From contig MU004196.1 in assembly GCA_010093605.1 (NCBI GenBank), forward strand, positions 518,606-582,605: 64,000 bases of DNA, written 5' to 3'. Below the pieces are notes generated by a model. That model did not search any database. It was not told where the DNA came from and saw only the letters and a list, made by a program, of their open reading frames with translations. Numbering within the stretch: the first letter of the stretch is position 1; the number at the start of each line of letters is the position of its first letter. The translations under genes and the position numbers were made by a program. This document shows positions 36,951 through 50,900 of this stretch, one piece after another. Origin of the DNA: Lophium mytilinum (taxonomy: Eukaryota).

Positions 36951-38546
36951 TCACAACCGCTCACGCTCCCTTTGCGACATCTCTCGAATTAGTCTCTCGT
37001 CTCTAACGAGCCTTTCGCGCTCGCGTTCCAATCGCTCCAGACGCAGACCTGCGGAGATCCAGAACTCCTCAGGCACGTCGGGGCGGTCGGTAAGCTCGCG
37101 GAGAATGGCGCGCAGATGGTCTAGAGTAGGTTCCCCATCAAGAACAGACCCACGAAGAGTGGAGTCGGTGTCGTCAAGAATGGGGCCGTCAACTACAAGA
37201 GGTAACCGAGGAGGTGGGGAGAGAGAAGATGAGCCGCGGGAAGCGCGAGATTCATGATGGCGATAGGTGTGGTAAGGATTACGAGAATGCGAGCCAGCGC
37301 GGGAAGTGAAGGAATAGAAGTTGCGCACAAAGTGTACAGCATCGTCGGAGCGGTCCCGGACATGGCGCGAGTAGCGAGAAGGATTTCGGGCAGGAGCAGC
37401 AGACGAAATGTGCGCGGGTGCCACGGAAGATTCGGAGGCCTCGGTGTCTGAAGCGCCAGAATCTTCGTCGGAGCTCTCGCAGACGCCAGCAAGAACCAGT
37501 TCGGGAGAATGGACTGAAGGGATGGTCAGGTGGGTCCGCGACGAGGAGGCGGAATTGGAATTGGAATTGGAACTGGCAGAGCGAGAACTTGGGTGGGAGA
37601 AAGAGGCGGATGCTGCGGCGGAAGTGAAGGACGAGTCGGCGCTTGGGAGATGGGGATCCGGGGCGACGGTAGTGAGCGTGGTGTTCCAGTAGTCGTCGAC
37701 AGGGCTAAAGCTCCGCTCGCGGTCGCCCAGACCGTCGACAGTGCTTGCAGGGCTCCAAGATTCTCGAAGAGAGCTGGAGGGGAGCGGGCCATCGGCAATG
37801 GTACGGCGGCCCATCCGTCGGAGTGGTGGGAACCCAACAGGGCTGGCATCACTTTCCTCACCGTCAGAGTCGACGACAATGAGCTCAGGGCGACTGCGAG
37901 ACTCGACTCGAGTAGGCGGAGTCCGCGATCGACGCAGAGGAGGAAGCGCAGTGAAGCTGTGAGATGGGTTGTAGGCAGCTGGTGCGAAGTTGGGCGTGTA
38001 CGCTGGCAGGCCGTCACGCTGCCTATGCAGGGAGCGCAGAGAGTCACGTTCCTCACTCAGACCGAAGTAGTGGTTGGCGTGGTCGTGGTAACCATGGTAG
38101 TCCCGCGCATGTCTGGCAATGGTGTTCCGGGCACGCTCGTGTGCATAGGGGGTATAGTTCCTCGACTCAGGCACAGGAGGCAGCGCGGCCAAATCGACGT
38201 CGCGGATCGAGTTCAAGTCAAAGTCGGAGGCGATGCGGAAGCCAGACTCGCCACGGCGCGGTGATCGCGTGTAGGGAGCGGTGGCTGGTGCGCCGTGGGG
38301 ATTCGCAGATCTGCGGGCGCGACGAGGCACGACGGGCGAGCGCTGACCACGACGGCGGATGGTGGAGCGCGACGATGCGGTGAGATCGACCTTGATCGCA
38401 TCCTTGGACTCTTCTGGAGAGGGAGCGCGCCAGAGTCTGCGCAGGCTTGGGTCAGTTTGTTGTGGTTGGAAATCCGGGGGAGGCTGAAGCGCGAAGCCTA
38501 GCAGCGCAAACCACGGTTCGAGGCGGTAGACTTACGGGAGACCCAT
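36951..38546 (-). CDS. Ser/Arg-rich hypothetical fungal protein (2 exons)
   Basis: Micro-exon ATGGGTCTCCC then GTAAG; the intron ends CAG at 38437. Product MGLPLWRAPSPEE...RSTIRR...TVDGLGDRERSFSP...W...TTVAPDPHLPSADSSF...DVPEEFWISAGL. Confidence 0.8.
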
Positions 38547-39186
38547 TTTCGTGTCGCGGGGGGTTCAAATAAAGACGGAGGGGAGATGTGCAGCACGGGC
38601 GACAAGAGAGGGGAGATGCGGGATGGGAGAGTTGGTGGGGGAGAGTGTTTGTGATGGCGGCGTTGGCGATGGAGCTGTGAGGCCTGAGGTTGGAAGAGTT
38701 TGGGGGGCGAACCGAGAGATCCCCAGGCGTCAGCGAGGCGGAGCGCTAGCGGCCGCAGAGTAGGCGGGAGTCGGCCTCACTGCTGAAGCATGCTGGACTG
38801 CTCGGATGTTGGGACGAGTGTAAGCTAGTAAAGGGCAGAACTGAGGAAGACAAGAAAAGGCAACTGGAACCAAGGTGTCGAGAAGAGTGCGCAAGGCTCT
38901 TTTGATGCTCAAACTCGTTGAGATGGGTCGGGACAGCGAGCACATGTTTCGAGATGGGAGCGCCGATCCTGGTGCGCCTTCACGCTTTCGGCATGCCGCT
39001 TTACCGGTTCGGCTCCGCCGCTGCACGACACGCGCCAAGCACGGCTTCTCAGCCACTCCCCGGTCTGACTCACCGCCCGTTGCGACTTGTGCAGGTACCG
39101 ATCATGACTCTCCGTTTCGAAACACCCACCAAAGTTCTGCCAGGCAACACCACGGCCAATGCTGCCGCGAGCATCGCCAGGCCAAC

Positions 39187-40793
39187 ATGATCCAGCCGGG
39201 CCTTGAGCGCATCTCCCTGCTGCTGAAACATACTCAGGCCCGAACTCTGCATCCCTGGAAGGCCATCCACGTTGCCGGCACTAACGGAAAGGGCTCCATA
39301 TGCGCCAATGCGTCTGCACTACTACGACGCGCAGATGTGCGGTGTGGCCGATTCACCTCTCCGCATCTCATAGACCGGTATGTCACGTGCTGCCTCTGCT
39401 TTCGTTCTAGCTGCTAACGCCGGCTTGAAGATGGGACTGCATCACCATCGACGACGTGCCCGTCAAGCATAAGCTCTTCCGCGAGGTCGAGGACAGCTAT
39501 CTCCAGTACAATGCGAGTGAGAATATCAAGGCCTCTGAGTTTGAGATTCTGACCGCCACGGCTTTCGACATCTTCGGCCGTGAGAACATTCAAGTCGGAG
39601 TTGTCGAAGTGGGCATGGGTGGCCGTCAGGACGCTACCAACGTCCTACAGGCGCCCCTTGTCACCGTTATTTCCAAAATCAGCCTCGACCATCAGTCGTG
39701 GCTGGGGAACACCATTGAAGAAATCGCCAGAGAGAAGGCTGGCATTCTAAAACCGGGCGTGCCCTGTATCGTCGACCACACAAACGACGAAGCGGTCAAA
39801 AACGTGATTAAAACTGTTGCCGAAGAAGTTGGCGCCGGTCCTATCCTGTACACGGACTCGATAGAGGATGAAATGAAGACTTTCCCTGGCTGGGGGGAAA
39901 TATTTGATTCGATACTCCCCCATCAACGAGTCAACACCATCTCTGCCTATCTCGCTGTCCGCCAGACCCTGCAGTCTCTTGGGCTGCCCAAATTAGAGGC
40001 AACAGAAGTTGCGCCTGGCCTCAAGAACGTCGTTTGGCCCGGACGTTTGCAGAAGCTACAGCTGGAGCCCGTCATCAAGACAGAAACACCGATTCTTCTG
40101 GATGGCGCGCACAATGCAGATTCCGCCCGAGTTCTTGGCACCTATGTCGACGAGTTACTCCGAAAGGACAACGGAAGCCTAGAAGACTGGGCGAGAAACA
40201 GATATGTGCATGACCACAGTAAAGGCGCTAGATCCTACCCAGATGCCAGCTTCGTGACCTGGATTCTCGCCATCACCGAAGGCAAAGATGCCGACGAGAT
40301 CCTTCGGCCTTTGATCAAGCCTGGTGATGCCGTCGTAACCGTCGAATTTGGCCCTATCGATGGGATGCCCTGGGTGCGGCCGACGAACAGCTTCAAGCTG
40401 CTTCAGACTGTCCGCACCATCTGCGATGGACTGTCCTCTGAAAGATCCTGTGGGAAAGAGCTCGTCACAGCCCTACTCCACGCCAATTACACCGCGAGCC
40501 ACGTTGGGTCTCGTAAAGCTATGCCTAGCCCCAATCGCCCTATCGTGATTGCTGGGAGTTTGTATTTGGCGTCCGACATTCTGCGCCTACAACGAGATTA
40601 TGATCCGACTGACGAGCACATCATGAAGCAAAGAAATGCTTTCACAAGGTTCTTGTCATTCAAGGAGCCATATGAGTCAGATGAGGAAGATTCTGGCCCC
40701 GAGAGCGACTACGACCCCGAGCGGGGACCATCAATTAGAGGAGCATCGACGAGAGGTAGAGGTAGAGGTAGAGGGCGAGGACGAGGGGGATGA
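39187..40793 (+). CDS. FOL3: Dihydrofolate synthase / folylpolyglutamate synthase family (Fol3-like)
   Basis: MIQPGLERI...[11 protein letters not shown]...[13 protein letters not shown] (intron 39378-39430)...[12 protein letters not shown]...ISLDH...EKAGILK...WPGRLQ...LLDGAHN...AGSLYL. Confidence 0.88.
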
Positions 40794-41646
40794 ACCAGAG
40801 GAATATGGCGGGTGAGGAACGCCCTTCTTTTCTGTGTTGGATTTTTCACTGGATGATTGGCTGTTTACTTTCGTTAGCCAAGAGGCTCCGGGACATTGGA
40901 ATTCGAGTAGAGCCGTCCAAGAATAGGATAACCTCACTCTACAAGCGGCGGCACATTCTTTGAACCGTATCGCTGCCGCACTATTTCGCGGATTCGCTAT
41001 CGCATCAACCTCACCTCTCATGTAAGCAGCCAGTCCTCATCCTCGTGGAATGAACACTCATAGCGCTCAGAGCAGACTGATTGTCAGTACATTGGCTACT
41101 CACAAGGAAATGTGCTTGTGGTTTCATAAAGTTGCTATCAATATGCTGAATTTAATGACCAAGCATATTCGTTTACACTTCTATTGCACACGCTCAACGT
41201 GATGGTGGTAGTCTGTATGCGATGACTCTTGTGGCAAAAAGTATCTCACTAAAGTCCATGCCCGCTTCTGAAACTGAGCATAATGGTGGTAACACGCTGG
41301 CCACGTCTGACAGCCGGTAGGACATATAGTCATGGCTAGGTGGCTTGTGTATAGGTAGAGAAGACGCTCATATGCAAGACGCGTCAAGTTCTACATGGGT
41401 CTAATGGGTCTAAAGCCCTCCGAAACTCGTGCAGGGCAAAGTGATCCTTGTTTAACTCCTCAAGACACTAGATATAAAACCTCGGAATTCTAAAGTGCTT
41501 GATGCTGGATCGGTCAATTTATGTGGATTATCAACCAAAATCAAAAAACAATCTTAGCAGATTGCAATCTGGACTAGCGATGGATATTCAAATACAATGT
41601 TGCAATTGTTTTCACGAACTTTGAACCAGCCTGCGAACTTTGAAGG

Positions 41647-41926
41647 TCACGTGTACGTTCGAAATAGGAAGGTTTCCGGATACCGTGGAGCACCGAGTCA
41701 AACTACAAACGTCAGCACTCTCAAAACGTCTAAGTTCGGCATGCCGAGCTTTGACAAAGCTCACGTGCGGGTCCGAAAAAGGAAGGTTTTAGGAAATCGT
41801 GGAGCACAGGGGCAAACTACAAAGTTCGACATGCTGAACTTTGACGTTTTGAGAGTGCTGAAGTTTGTAGTTTGACTCGGTGCTCCACGGTTTCCTGGAT
41901 CCTACCTATTTCGGACGTGCACGTGA
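41647..41926. repeat. Foldback / MITE-like inverted repeat with an extra direct partial copy
   Basis: Arms 41647-41753 and 41820-41926 are 107 bp each with 12 mismatches by manual alignment. The spacer (41761-41823) is a third, direct copy of the first ~63 bp of the left arm. Confidence 0.85.
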
Positions 41927-42235
41927 TCCGGTCAACTCAACACTGGTTCGAACTTTGAACTTTGAACCGGCTTTCAAACTTTGGACGACGCATCACATGA
42001 CCAGGTTTCTCGAACCAAGACCTCGTGGAAGTTAGTCGCGGAAACATCTTTAAGCTTGCGGCCTGCCTCGAGCTTATTGCGTCAGCGGCGTTCGGTACCA
42101 TGCATCTTCCGCCATCGACATCGCCATCGACATCGCCATCTTGCATGTCACTCCCCCCACATCTGTTAAACTTACTTGGCATCTACTTGGCAGGGGATCT
42201 GATAGTTTACCGGGATGCGATGACCATGCTGCAAA

Positions 42236-43795
42236 ATGGTCGGGGTAGCAGGGAGATCAAAAGCGTGCAAGAATTGCACCAAGCGTCGCGTCAAATGCGG
42301 TATGGACCTTCACATTATTCATCTCCCAATATACTAACAAAGCGATAGATGAAACTCGGCCAATTTGCAAAAGATGCCTAAAAGCGAAACTCACATGCGG
42401 CGACTGGCCGCCCTCCTTGACGGTGATCCAATTTGAAGGACACACTAAACGGCAGCAGCAAACCCCAGAATTGAAGCAAAAATCTCCAATGGTAGAAGAG
42501 AGCGCCCTCGAAGTGACGCGCTTCTCAGATCCGTTGTCACCATGGTCGAGAATCATGATTCCGTCGGATGACATTTTCGTGAATTACACATGGGCCCACC
42601 TTTTGAGGAGTAGTGATCAGATGGACCAAACCGTCGTACCAGGAGTTGACAGGACCCTTTCTGATCAATGTTTCCTTGCACTTGCAACTTCGTATTTTGG
42701 GAATGAACATTGTGAACAAGGGCTTGTGCAGCGGGGATTCCGACGTTACAGTTCCGCGTTGAAAGGGCTCCACGAAGCGCTGTGTGATGTCTCCAAGTCT
42801 AAGACATACGATGTGCTAGAGTCTGTCATTGTGATGGCTTTGTTTGAAGTAATTCCGTTTCTCGCTTTGCAAACCTTCAATACTGATGTATACAGATGCT
42901 CATGTCAGATAGTTCCGATGGATGGATCGCCCATTCCCTCGGTCTGGAAAGACTGATGGAACTTCGTGGCCCAGAGTCTTTCCGAAAGCTGCCTGACCGA
43001 GCTATACTCCAGACATCGAGACCGACCGTGATATTTGCAGCAATTGTGCTACACAAGAGTACCATCCTATCCAACACGCGTTGGAAAACGATACCATGGG
43101 ACGAGAACCCAAGTCAAAAGGATCCGTTTCAGTACCTCGTTGACATTCTTGCTGATTGTCCTCAATTGCTCGTTTTGAAAGATCACATGTATGCCTCGAA
43201 GGCGACAGAAGAAGCACAAACCCTCGCCAGCGAATTGGAAGAGCACACCCAAACGCTGCTGGCACAGCTCGAGATCTGGAAAGCATCTTGGGATGCCTCA
43301 CAAGGCGATTACTACTCTGAAACCCCGGTCACAAGTAGCGCTCCCTCTCTGCTCTCGCCCAATGGTCCCCCAATCCCCTTCTGGACAACGAACTATCAGT
43401 ACAACACACTTCGCCAGGCAAACGCCATGGCGATGTACAACGCAGCCATCATATTGCTCCTGAAAATCCTCCAGGAACTCACGTACTCCTGCACTCTTCC
43501 ATCTACCGCGCAATTGCTAGACAGAATGTATACTGCCGGCATCGAGATATGCCGCAGCGCCGAATATCACCTCCAAGTCATGCGCGAGGGCGCGGGCAGC
43601 TTCTACATTCTTTTCCCGCTGCGAATGGCGTGGGATGCTGTCGGAAAGGTCGAACCTGCGATTGGAGTCTGGCTCACAGATGTATTGCAACAGGTTCAGT
43701 CTGGTGCTGTGGGAAGGTGGGCAATTGCTGGGTATTTGCTAAACATCAATGCTCCTGCACCTGAGCCAGAGCAAGAACGAATCACAGAAAGTTGA
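42236..43795 (+). CDS. Zn(II)2Cys6 transcription factor (3 exons)
   Basis: MVGVAGRSKACKNCTKRRVKC|DETRPICKRCLKAKLTC (intron 42300-42348); intron 42849-42895. The middle region WIAHSLGLERLMELRGPESF is typical of fungal C6 factors. Confidence 0.92.
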
Positions 43796-43826
43796 ACTTC
43801 TTATAATACAATATATACACTCTTAA

Positions 43827-45181
43827 TCAAGAAGAAGGATCGCTTCCCTCGGCTTCCCAATCCCAGTTGCGAATGATAATCCATCTCAAGGACCCCACCT
43901 TCTTCCTCTCCTTGTCCTCCCGCTTGTCTTGCTTCCGCTCCCTCTTATTCCCCTTCTTCGTCCGCCTCTCCAACTTTCGTTCCAGCTTGCCCCTTTCCTT
44001 TTCATATTCTTTCCTTCTCTCTCCTGATTTCTTCTCGTACTCCTTGTGTTTCTTCTCACTACTAGCACCACTCAACTTCCCCTCCGCCTTCTTCTCCTTC
44101 TTCGCGTTCTTCACATCCAACTTCCTCATCTCATCTTCCAAGCTTAGGATACTCTCAACATCGGAGTCGATGCTCGAATTGTTCGAGTCCCAGGTAGCAT
44201 CTAGCCCTTCAAGCTCTTCGGACGTACGATTGTACTTTCTCGCAGTTTTATGCAGTGTCTTTTCGCGTTTAACCGCTTTCTTCTCGTTCTCCCGCTCTTT
44301 CTTCGACACCTTCCGCGCCTGCTGCTTCGCACCCAACTTATCAAGAACATTCCTCCGCTCCGCCGGCGCCGGGACATCGAAGTCCAACGGCGCAACAAAC
44401 GGCCTCAACGCTTCCAATCTCCGTCTCGCGAGCTCAACGTGCTCGCCTCTCCGACGTGCAGGCCTGTAACATATCAGTCAACACCACGAAACCATGTACA
44501 CGCAAATACAACTGATCCAACTCACATCAACCTCCAAGCCTCCTCCTCACTAATCCCCAACGCCTCAAGCACCTCCCCATCCTTCACCATCATACACCTC
44601 AACCCCCTCGGCTTCCAAACCTCCTCCCGCATCTTCTCCAAACACTGCTTCGTGCGGAAATAGCACGTCGCCGCCGTCCCCGCGCCCGCCAGCACCCCCA
44701 GCCCCGCGCTCACGCCCATCGCCCACTCGTGCGGCACGAAGCCAATTCCCATGCTCGCGACTTGCAGCACCTGGAACGGCGGCGACGGGCCCAGGCAGAC
44801 GTTGATCGTGTCGAGCATCTGCAGGAAGGCGGACGGGGGGATGTCGTAGGCGGAGAGGAGGGGGGCGTAGGCGCGGGTTAGGGGGTTTGGTGGGCGGGCG
44901 CTGGAGCCGATGGCGATTTGCGGGATGGCGATGATGCGGGGGAGACGAGGGTAGGGGGAGGGGCGGTGGAGGGGCTTAGGGATTGAGGCTAGGGACGCCT
45001 CGAGGAAGGCGGCCTGGGCGGCTGCTTCTTCGTCGGCTTGTTGGGCTGGGGTCATGGGCTGGTGGCGCTCGTGGTGGGGGTTGTAGTCGAATGAGTCGTG
45101 GCGGGGTTCGGGGTGCTTGGGGGGTGTTGAGATGGCGGTGGAGTAGGTTGGGGGGGGATGGGAGGGAGGTAGGTATGACAT
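43827..45181 (-). CDS. Hypothetical fungal protein with a Lys/Glu-rich C-terminus (2 exons)
   Basis: IAIPQ...LTRAYAPLLSAYDIPPSAFLQMLDTIN...WKPRGLRC. Intron 44464-44525 joins RLM|PARRRGE...RRLEALRPFVAPL and ends LRWIIIRN. Confidence 0.8.
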
Positions 45182-46171
45182 GTTGATAGATTCGGAATGA
45201 TGTTGGTTATGGAATGATTATGGGGACGAAGACAGTTGGTGGGGGTTCGAGTATAGTGATGAATTCTACGGAATTGAGGCGGGATTTGACGTAGCTTTTA
45301 TACACTGGCTTTGAGGCATTGCTCGATCTGGCTGTGCATCTCCCCACGATTCTCGGCGATCTATTATCCCCGATTTGGCGCATTCTTCGAGGTGATGGCC
45401 CATGCAAAGGCTGGGGTGGGAAATCCGAACTCAGCGATGATGAGGGATCTTCGATCGTATCTTGCCGATCATCTATTCCCAATTAGGTCCATTTCTCGAG
45501 GAGAGATGAAAGTGAGGTATGATGCGGTATCTCGTTGGATAAGACGGAACTTGCGGTCTCATCTCGATGGAGACCTGACTGGTACAATATCTAGATCAAG
45601 TCGAGTTGGAGTTGTTGGCTGAAGTTGGTGATGGAGATATCTAATCCTGTAACCATGAGAGACTGAGGCCTCAAAAATAGCGCCAATCGTGTCGACCAAT
45701 CAGAGATAAGCTTTGGTGTGAACATTCTCTCAAGTCCTCTCATCTTAAGTTTATGGAAAAGCAGCCTTACCTACGATCTATTCTGGCATGGAATTGACTT
45801 TCAGGAACGTAGTCGTGTTAAGAGCTTCTCTATCCCTTTATGATCTTGTATGTTTATTGCAGGAAGAGTATGAGGAGGAGTACACTACGGTCTCTCCGAG
45901 AAAATAGATGACGAATGCCCAGTTCTCGAGACTGTTAAGATTTGATGCGGGTGGGATGGGCCTGTATTGTCAGGACGTCTGATCTCTGCCGAACAATCCA
46001 CTATCAGTCTTCCAGCACGAGCCAGGTAAGCCATGCTAAGTATTGATTCTAATCATTCCCATTCAACATGCTCATCTAAATGCCCCGGAAATGCCCAACC
46101 CAAATGCATGCCATCTCACCTACCCTCACGTCAACCACCCATCCTCATCCCCATCCCAAAAGAAACCCCCC

Positions 46172-47918
46172 TCATATCCTCAAAGGTCGTAATTGCATGT
46201 CCCCCTCCCCAATCACCTCTCCCGCAATCATAGGGCTCATAAGCCCAACTTCTTCATCCCCACCGCTGCCCCTCTCCCTAACCATCCCCCTCCCCGTACC
46301 GTCACTCTTCACAGTCCCGTCTTTCATCATAGCAACGTATATCGCTGACCCCAAGATCAGCGAAGATCCAGCGAGAGAAACCGGGCTCGGCGTCGTGCCC
46401 CAAATCAGCTTATCAAAGCCCAGCGCGAAAAGCATCTGTGTATAAACCATATTCGTCGCACGCGACGACTTCTCGTACTGGAGGCCCGCAGCAAGCATGA
46501 ATTGCTAGTGATCATCATCAGCATCCGCAATATCGCCGCTGTACAAGGGGGTTTTTCAGGGGCACGCTTACCATAACAAACCCGCAGATCCCTAGGAAGA
46601 TGAGGTAGCACCACTCTTTCAAATCGGCGGGGAGTAGGAACCCGACGTTGGGCAGCGCGAACATCATCACGGTGCTGACGAGCGTCGTCCACGCGGCGAA
46701 GTAGTTGACGCTTAGCAAAGGATGCGCGCGTCGGCCAATCCAGCGCAGAGAGGTGAAGGCGCATACGGCGCCCATGACGCCGAGCATGGCGATGCCGACG
46801 GCGCCGGCGCGCTGGCCGGGGGTTACGGAGTCGTAGTTGCTGGCGAAGTGGTCGCGGTTAGGGTCGACGGTGGAGTTTAGGTTGGCGATCGGGGCAATGT
46901 CTCCGTCGCCGCTGGCGGGTGGGGTCGGAGAGGAGGAGGCGAAGAGGGACGTTGGGCGTGCGATGAGGACGACACCAAGAAGAGAAATATAGGCGGCTAT
47001 TTGCTCCATGCGGGTGAAGGGTTCGTTTATGAAGTATGAGCAAGCCCAGCAGGCGAGTGAGGGGGCGAGGAAGGTAATGACGGTTGCATCGGCGAGGGGG
47101 AGGTATAGGAGAGAGTCTGTTGTGGAATCATGAGCACAGTTGGATACTGATACGGGGCTAATGCTTGGGTAGGCTTGAGAACGTACAATACATGCCAAAG
47201 ACCCCAAAGAATCCTCCGAGACCTCGAGCGACTAGTAGAGGCCGGACTTCTTTCATCCCAAGCGGGAAATGCTCAGCTTTTGTATACCACATGTAAGATG
47301 ATGCAAGAAGTACTGTAATGCTCATGCGCGCGAATAGAATCTGTTCTTCATGTTAGATCAATGGAAAGGTATGAAAGTCCTACTGGTACCTGAACGTACC
47401 TGAAAAGGATGCATTCCCTTGCCTATATGGTTTATAAATTAGCACACCCTGGTCATGCAGCGTGCAGCAGCTAGCACAGAAGCTTGTCAGAACGTACCAT
47501 GGTTCCCTTCTATCTCTAATAACCTAGTCGTAACATTCATCAGCGTGCCGAAGACCTGGGATATCATGACCAGTGCCATGCCCTTATTTCTCGTCCAGAA
47601 AAGCGCAGCCTTCTCCTTCAAAGTGCGGGGTGGAGGGGCAGGCGAACGCGATGCATGGCGCCGCTGGCCAGGCACGGGTAGATAATCAGGGTTCCGGCCA
47701 ATGCGGATGTTGTTGAGGTCGTCAATGGAGATGTTCGACAGCGTGTCCGGCGACGAGGCTCGAATACCGCCGGTGAAGGGAACATGCAACTGGCCCTGCT
47801 CCGACTTCGCCGCAGACTTCGCGGGATTAAAAGCCGAGTCCAGCTCTACATCGTCGATGTCGCTAAGCAGACTTTTGTCGTCGTCGACGGGGGCCCTAGG
47901 CGGAGGTGGCAGACTCAT
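46172..47918 (-). CDS. EamA/DMT-family multipass membrane transporter
   Basis: RNKGMALVMISQVFGTLMNVTTRLL...YLPLADATVITFLAP...FTSLRWIGRRAHPL...GLQYEKSSRATNMVYTQMLFALGFDKLIWGTTPS. Several short introns. Confidence 0.88.
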
Positions 47919-50900
47919 GGCAGGTCATTCGAAAGGCACTCTCAGAGACGTCTACGAGAGAGTGTGGTTCGCCATTGCGGAGGCGGGAAGGTTGGGTGTG
48001 GAGAAGCGCCTGTTGAGTCAGCGCGACTGCAAAAAACGTGATAGCTCGTCATTAGCGGCCTTGTGCAATACCATGTTCGCCTTTCGTTTTCCCGACGGCG
48101 GTTTGGAGATGCGCGAATCAGAGGAGGCGCAGCACTTCTTATTCCCGAGTCATGAGTGGGTTTACTGAGAATGGCCATGGTCTGCCTGAATTGCAGCAAT
48201 AATATCACCCAAAGATTCAGAGTAGTCAACCTCACGATGTTTGAAGTCGTTGAAGAGAGATGACGTCTGGTGGTTGGTAGAGTTTCAAGATGAAGCATGA
48301 TGAGGTAGACATCACGTGAGTGGCCCGTGCCTTAAGATACCCTTTCCCAGGATTAATTTCAACCTCCATTCATCATCAACACACAAATACATGCCGCTAA
48401 TCTATCCCATACTTTCAATCGAGACAGCATGGACCCGAATCAGACCCGTCCTACCGTCAACTCCCAGGAGTAAATTGCAAAGATTCGACAGCTAATATAT
48501 GAATACCTTTTCGATGAGCTTCCCGACCTGATCGAGATGTCTTATGATCTTGAATCACTGCGCAGTAGCGTTGAGGCCGCCAAATGGTTACTGTAAGCAG
48601 GCTTAGCTGTGTCGGTGCCCTGACGCCAATAACTCTGGAGTCTCCATTGACTCACCGATCTGGACGTATTACTCCGCATGTCTCCTGTTGTCCTATCCAG
48701 AAATTCAAGTCGAAACGAGGTCGTGAATCTTCTTCAACCAATAGATCAAGTCTGCAACGAGGCTTTTTCAACGCCTCTCTAGAATCTCAAGGTCCGAAAG
48801 TAGTCCCAGCGTTGACCGCAGGTCCTTTGGGGGTGGTCCCTGCTCAATTCCATGTGCTCACTATCATTAGCGTACTTCTCCACGGAAATGGCTCAACCGC
48901 CTTTGGAACTCAAGCGTAAGGAAATGGAAAAAAGTACCCCAGAGCTGGAGTTGAAAGAAGCCCCCCTAACGGTTTACAGAAGTGTCCGTGGGAAAGCAAG
49001 TCACCGCGGCGGAGCTGGAAGCCTTGTCCTGTTGACGGATCCGACGTACTTTTTTCATGATACTGTATTAGCATATAAGTCCCAGAATCGAGGCCGCCAG
49101 CTGTTTTTCAGCAACCCCTCAACTTCTGCACCCAGGTCTGTATCCGTCGATACAAGGATGGTTACAAAGGTACGCCTACGGCCCACATTCGGGGCAGCAA
49201 CCTCCTGAGGATCATTTCCTTGGATATTTTGTGCAAAAATCTACGAAAAGTACTTGGGAGGTAACTATAAGATAGACAGAAGTGCATCCTTACTTCTCGA
49301 GATGCCACGAGACCGCTTGAACTTTGCCTCTTCAGCTACGCCAGGACCACATCTGCCTCCCCTCAATCGCTTCTCAGATTTTACTGAGACGCTGACCTTC
49401 ATGCAGCCTAGGCCAGGCTGAGAGCCCCACGCGCCAAAATCTCACAGCATTCTCTCATCACAAACAATTCCATATCAGGTGCAGCAAGCCTCTTCCTTGT
49501 CTTTCTGACTGGCCCACTCACTCCCACCAGCAACCCATGCTCAGGCCGTTACGGCCAACATTTCCACCCATGTCCCTGTTCGCTTGGATTCTCGCCGCAA
49601 GGAAGAACCCTACCTCACAGAAAGCCGAAGCGAGCCGCCTGTCTCACCCTGCTCAGAATCATCGGATTGCTGAACCTAGACTGGCAGCACGGTGTGATGA
49701 GCTTCGAAGCACAGCAGGATGGGTCACGTCACTCGACGTCCTCGATACTCTCAACGTGGAGCTCGCCTGCATGAGCGTATAATATTGCCGGCTTGGCAGA
49801 GAATATGGACCTGAGTTGGCACATACTGTAAGAAATGGAACTGCTCGTTTCGACCGGAAAGATTACCAGCAAGGCCATCCTAGATTTCACTTTCCAGCGG
49901 CACGGTACCGACTAGATTCTGGGTTTCAGATTCAGCTCAAAGTCGAAAACATATGCATAAGCCCAACCGTCCAGCCACGCGTCCAGTCTAAAAACTAACT
50001 CTCTCACTCTGAGAAACCCATCAGCATGCACGCCCGGGCGCACGCCAAAGCCAATTTGCCACCGTCGCCTGGATCTAGTGCGTGACCTCAAAAGAAACAG
50101 CAGAGCGGTGCATCGGATCACATTAACATCTCCCCACGTCCAACTCGATCCCTACCTCCACGCCCCCTCTGCAGGGCATTCCCGCTCCGGCCCGCCACCC
50201 CTCGTTCCCCGCACCCGGGCCATTCACAAGCCAACCCGCTCTGCATTGTTAATCGCGGATCTCGCCAATAAGAGACCGCATGCATCATGTATTTTGGCGA
50301 TTCGGACAGCGAATTTCCTGACGCTCTTGCTCCTGATTCATGGCCCCATGCTTCTCTCCCCGGGCTCACGTAAACCCCGGCAAGGCGCCAGCATCTCCCC
50401 ATGGCGTACATACCGCATCTGTCATTACGTGCATTCGGTTCAAACTCAAAATACGAGGGCCCCGGCGTGATCAGCGCGGGAGTCTGGGAAGTGGGACGTA
50501 GGTGTGATGGGCCGGGGATAGGTGCTGGGCGGACTGGGATATAATATTCTTTATTTTACGTGGGTGTGATAGGAATTATTTGTGTCATTCCTTGACTCGA
50601 CGAGCATATCACTTACGAAATAGATGAGCAGTCTAGCCACACCGGCTCTATCTCTGAAACGAAGCTGTTTGAAAGAGGGGTTCCGTATGCAGTGCCTTCC
50701 TCTGGATATCCGTACACCCACTCACCATTGTTTGAGGGACCCCAATGTACTATCAAAGACCTGGGACAGCGGGTGTACTTTCGATCTGTGTGTACCACGT
50801 TGACACTGTCTGGAGGACCCTCGCAAGTTTACTGGTAGTCCAAATGCCGCGCTTTTCTCCTTTTCGGAACGCTGAAGATACTCTGAGGGTGGTAAACGAG

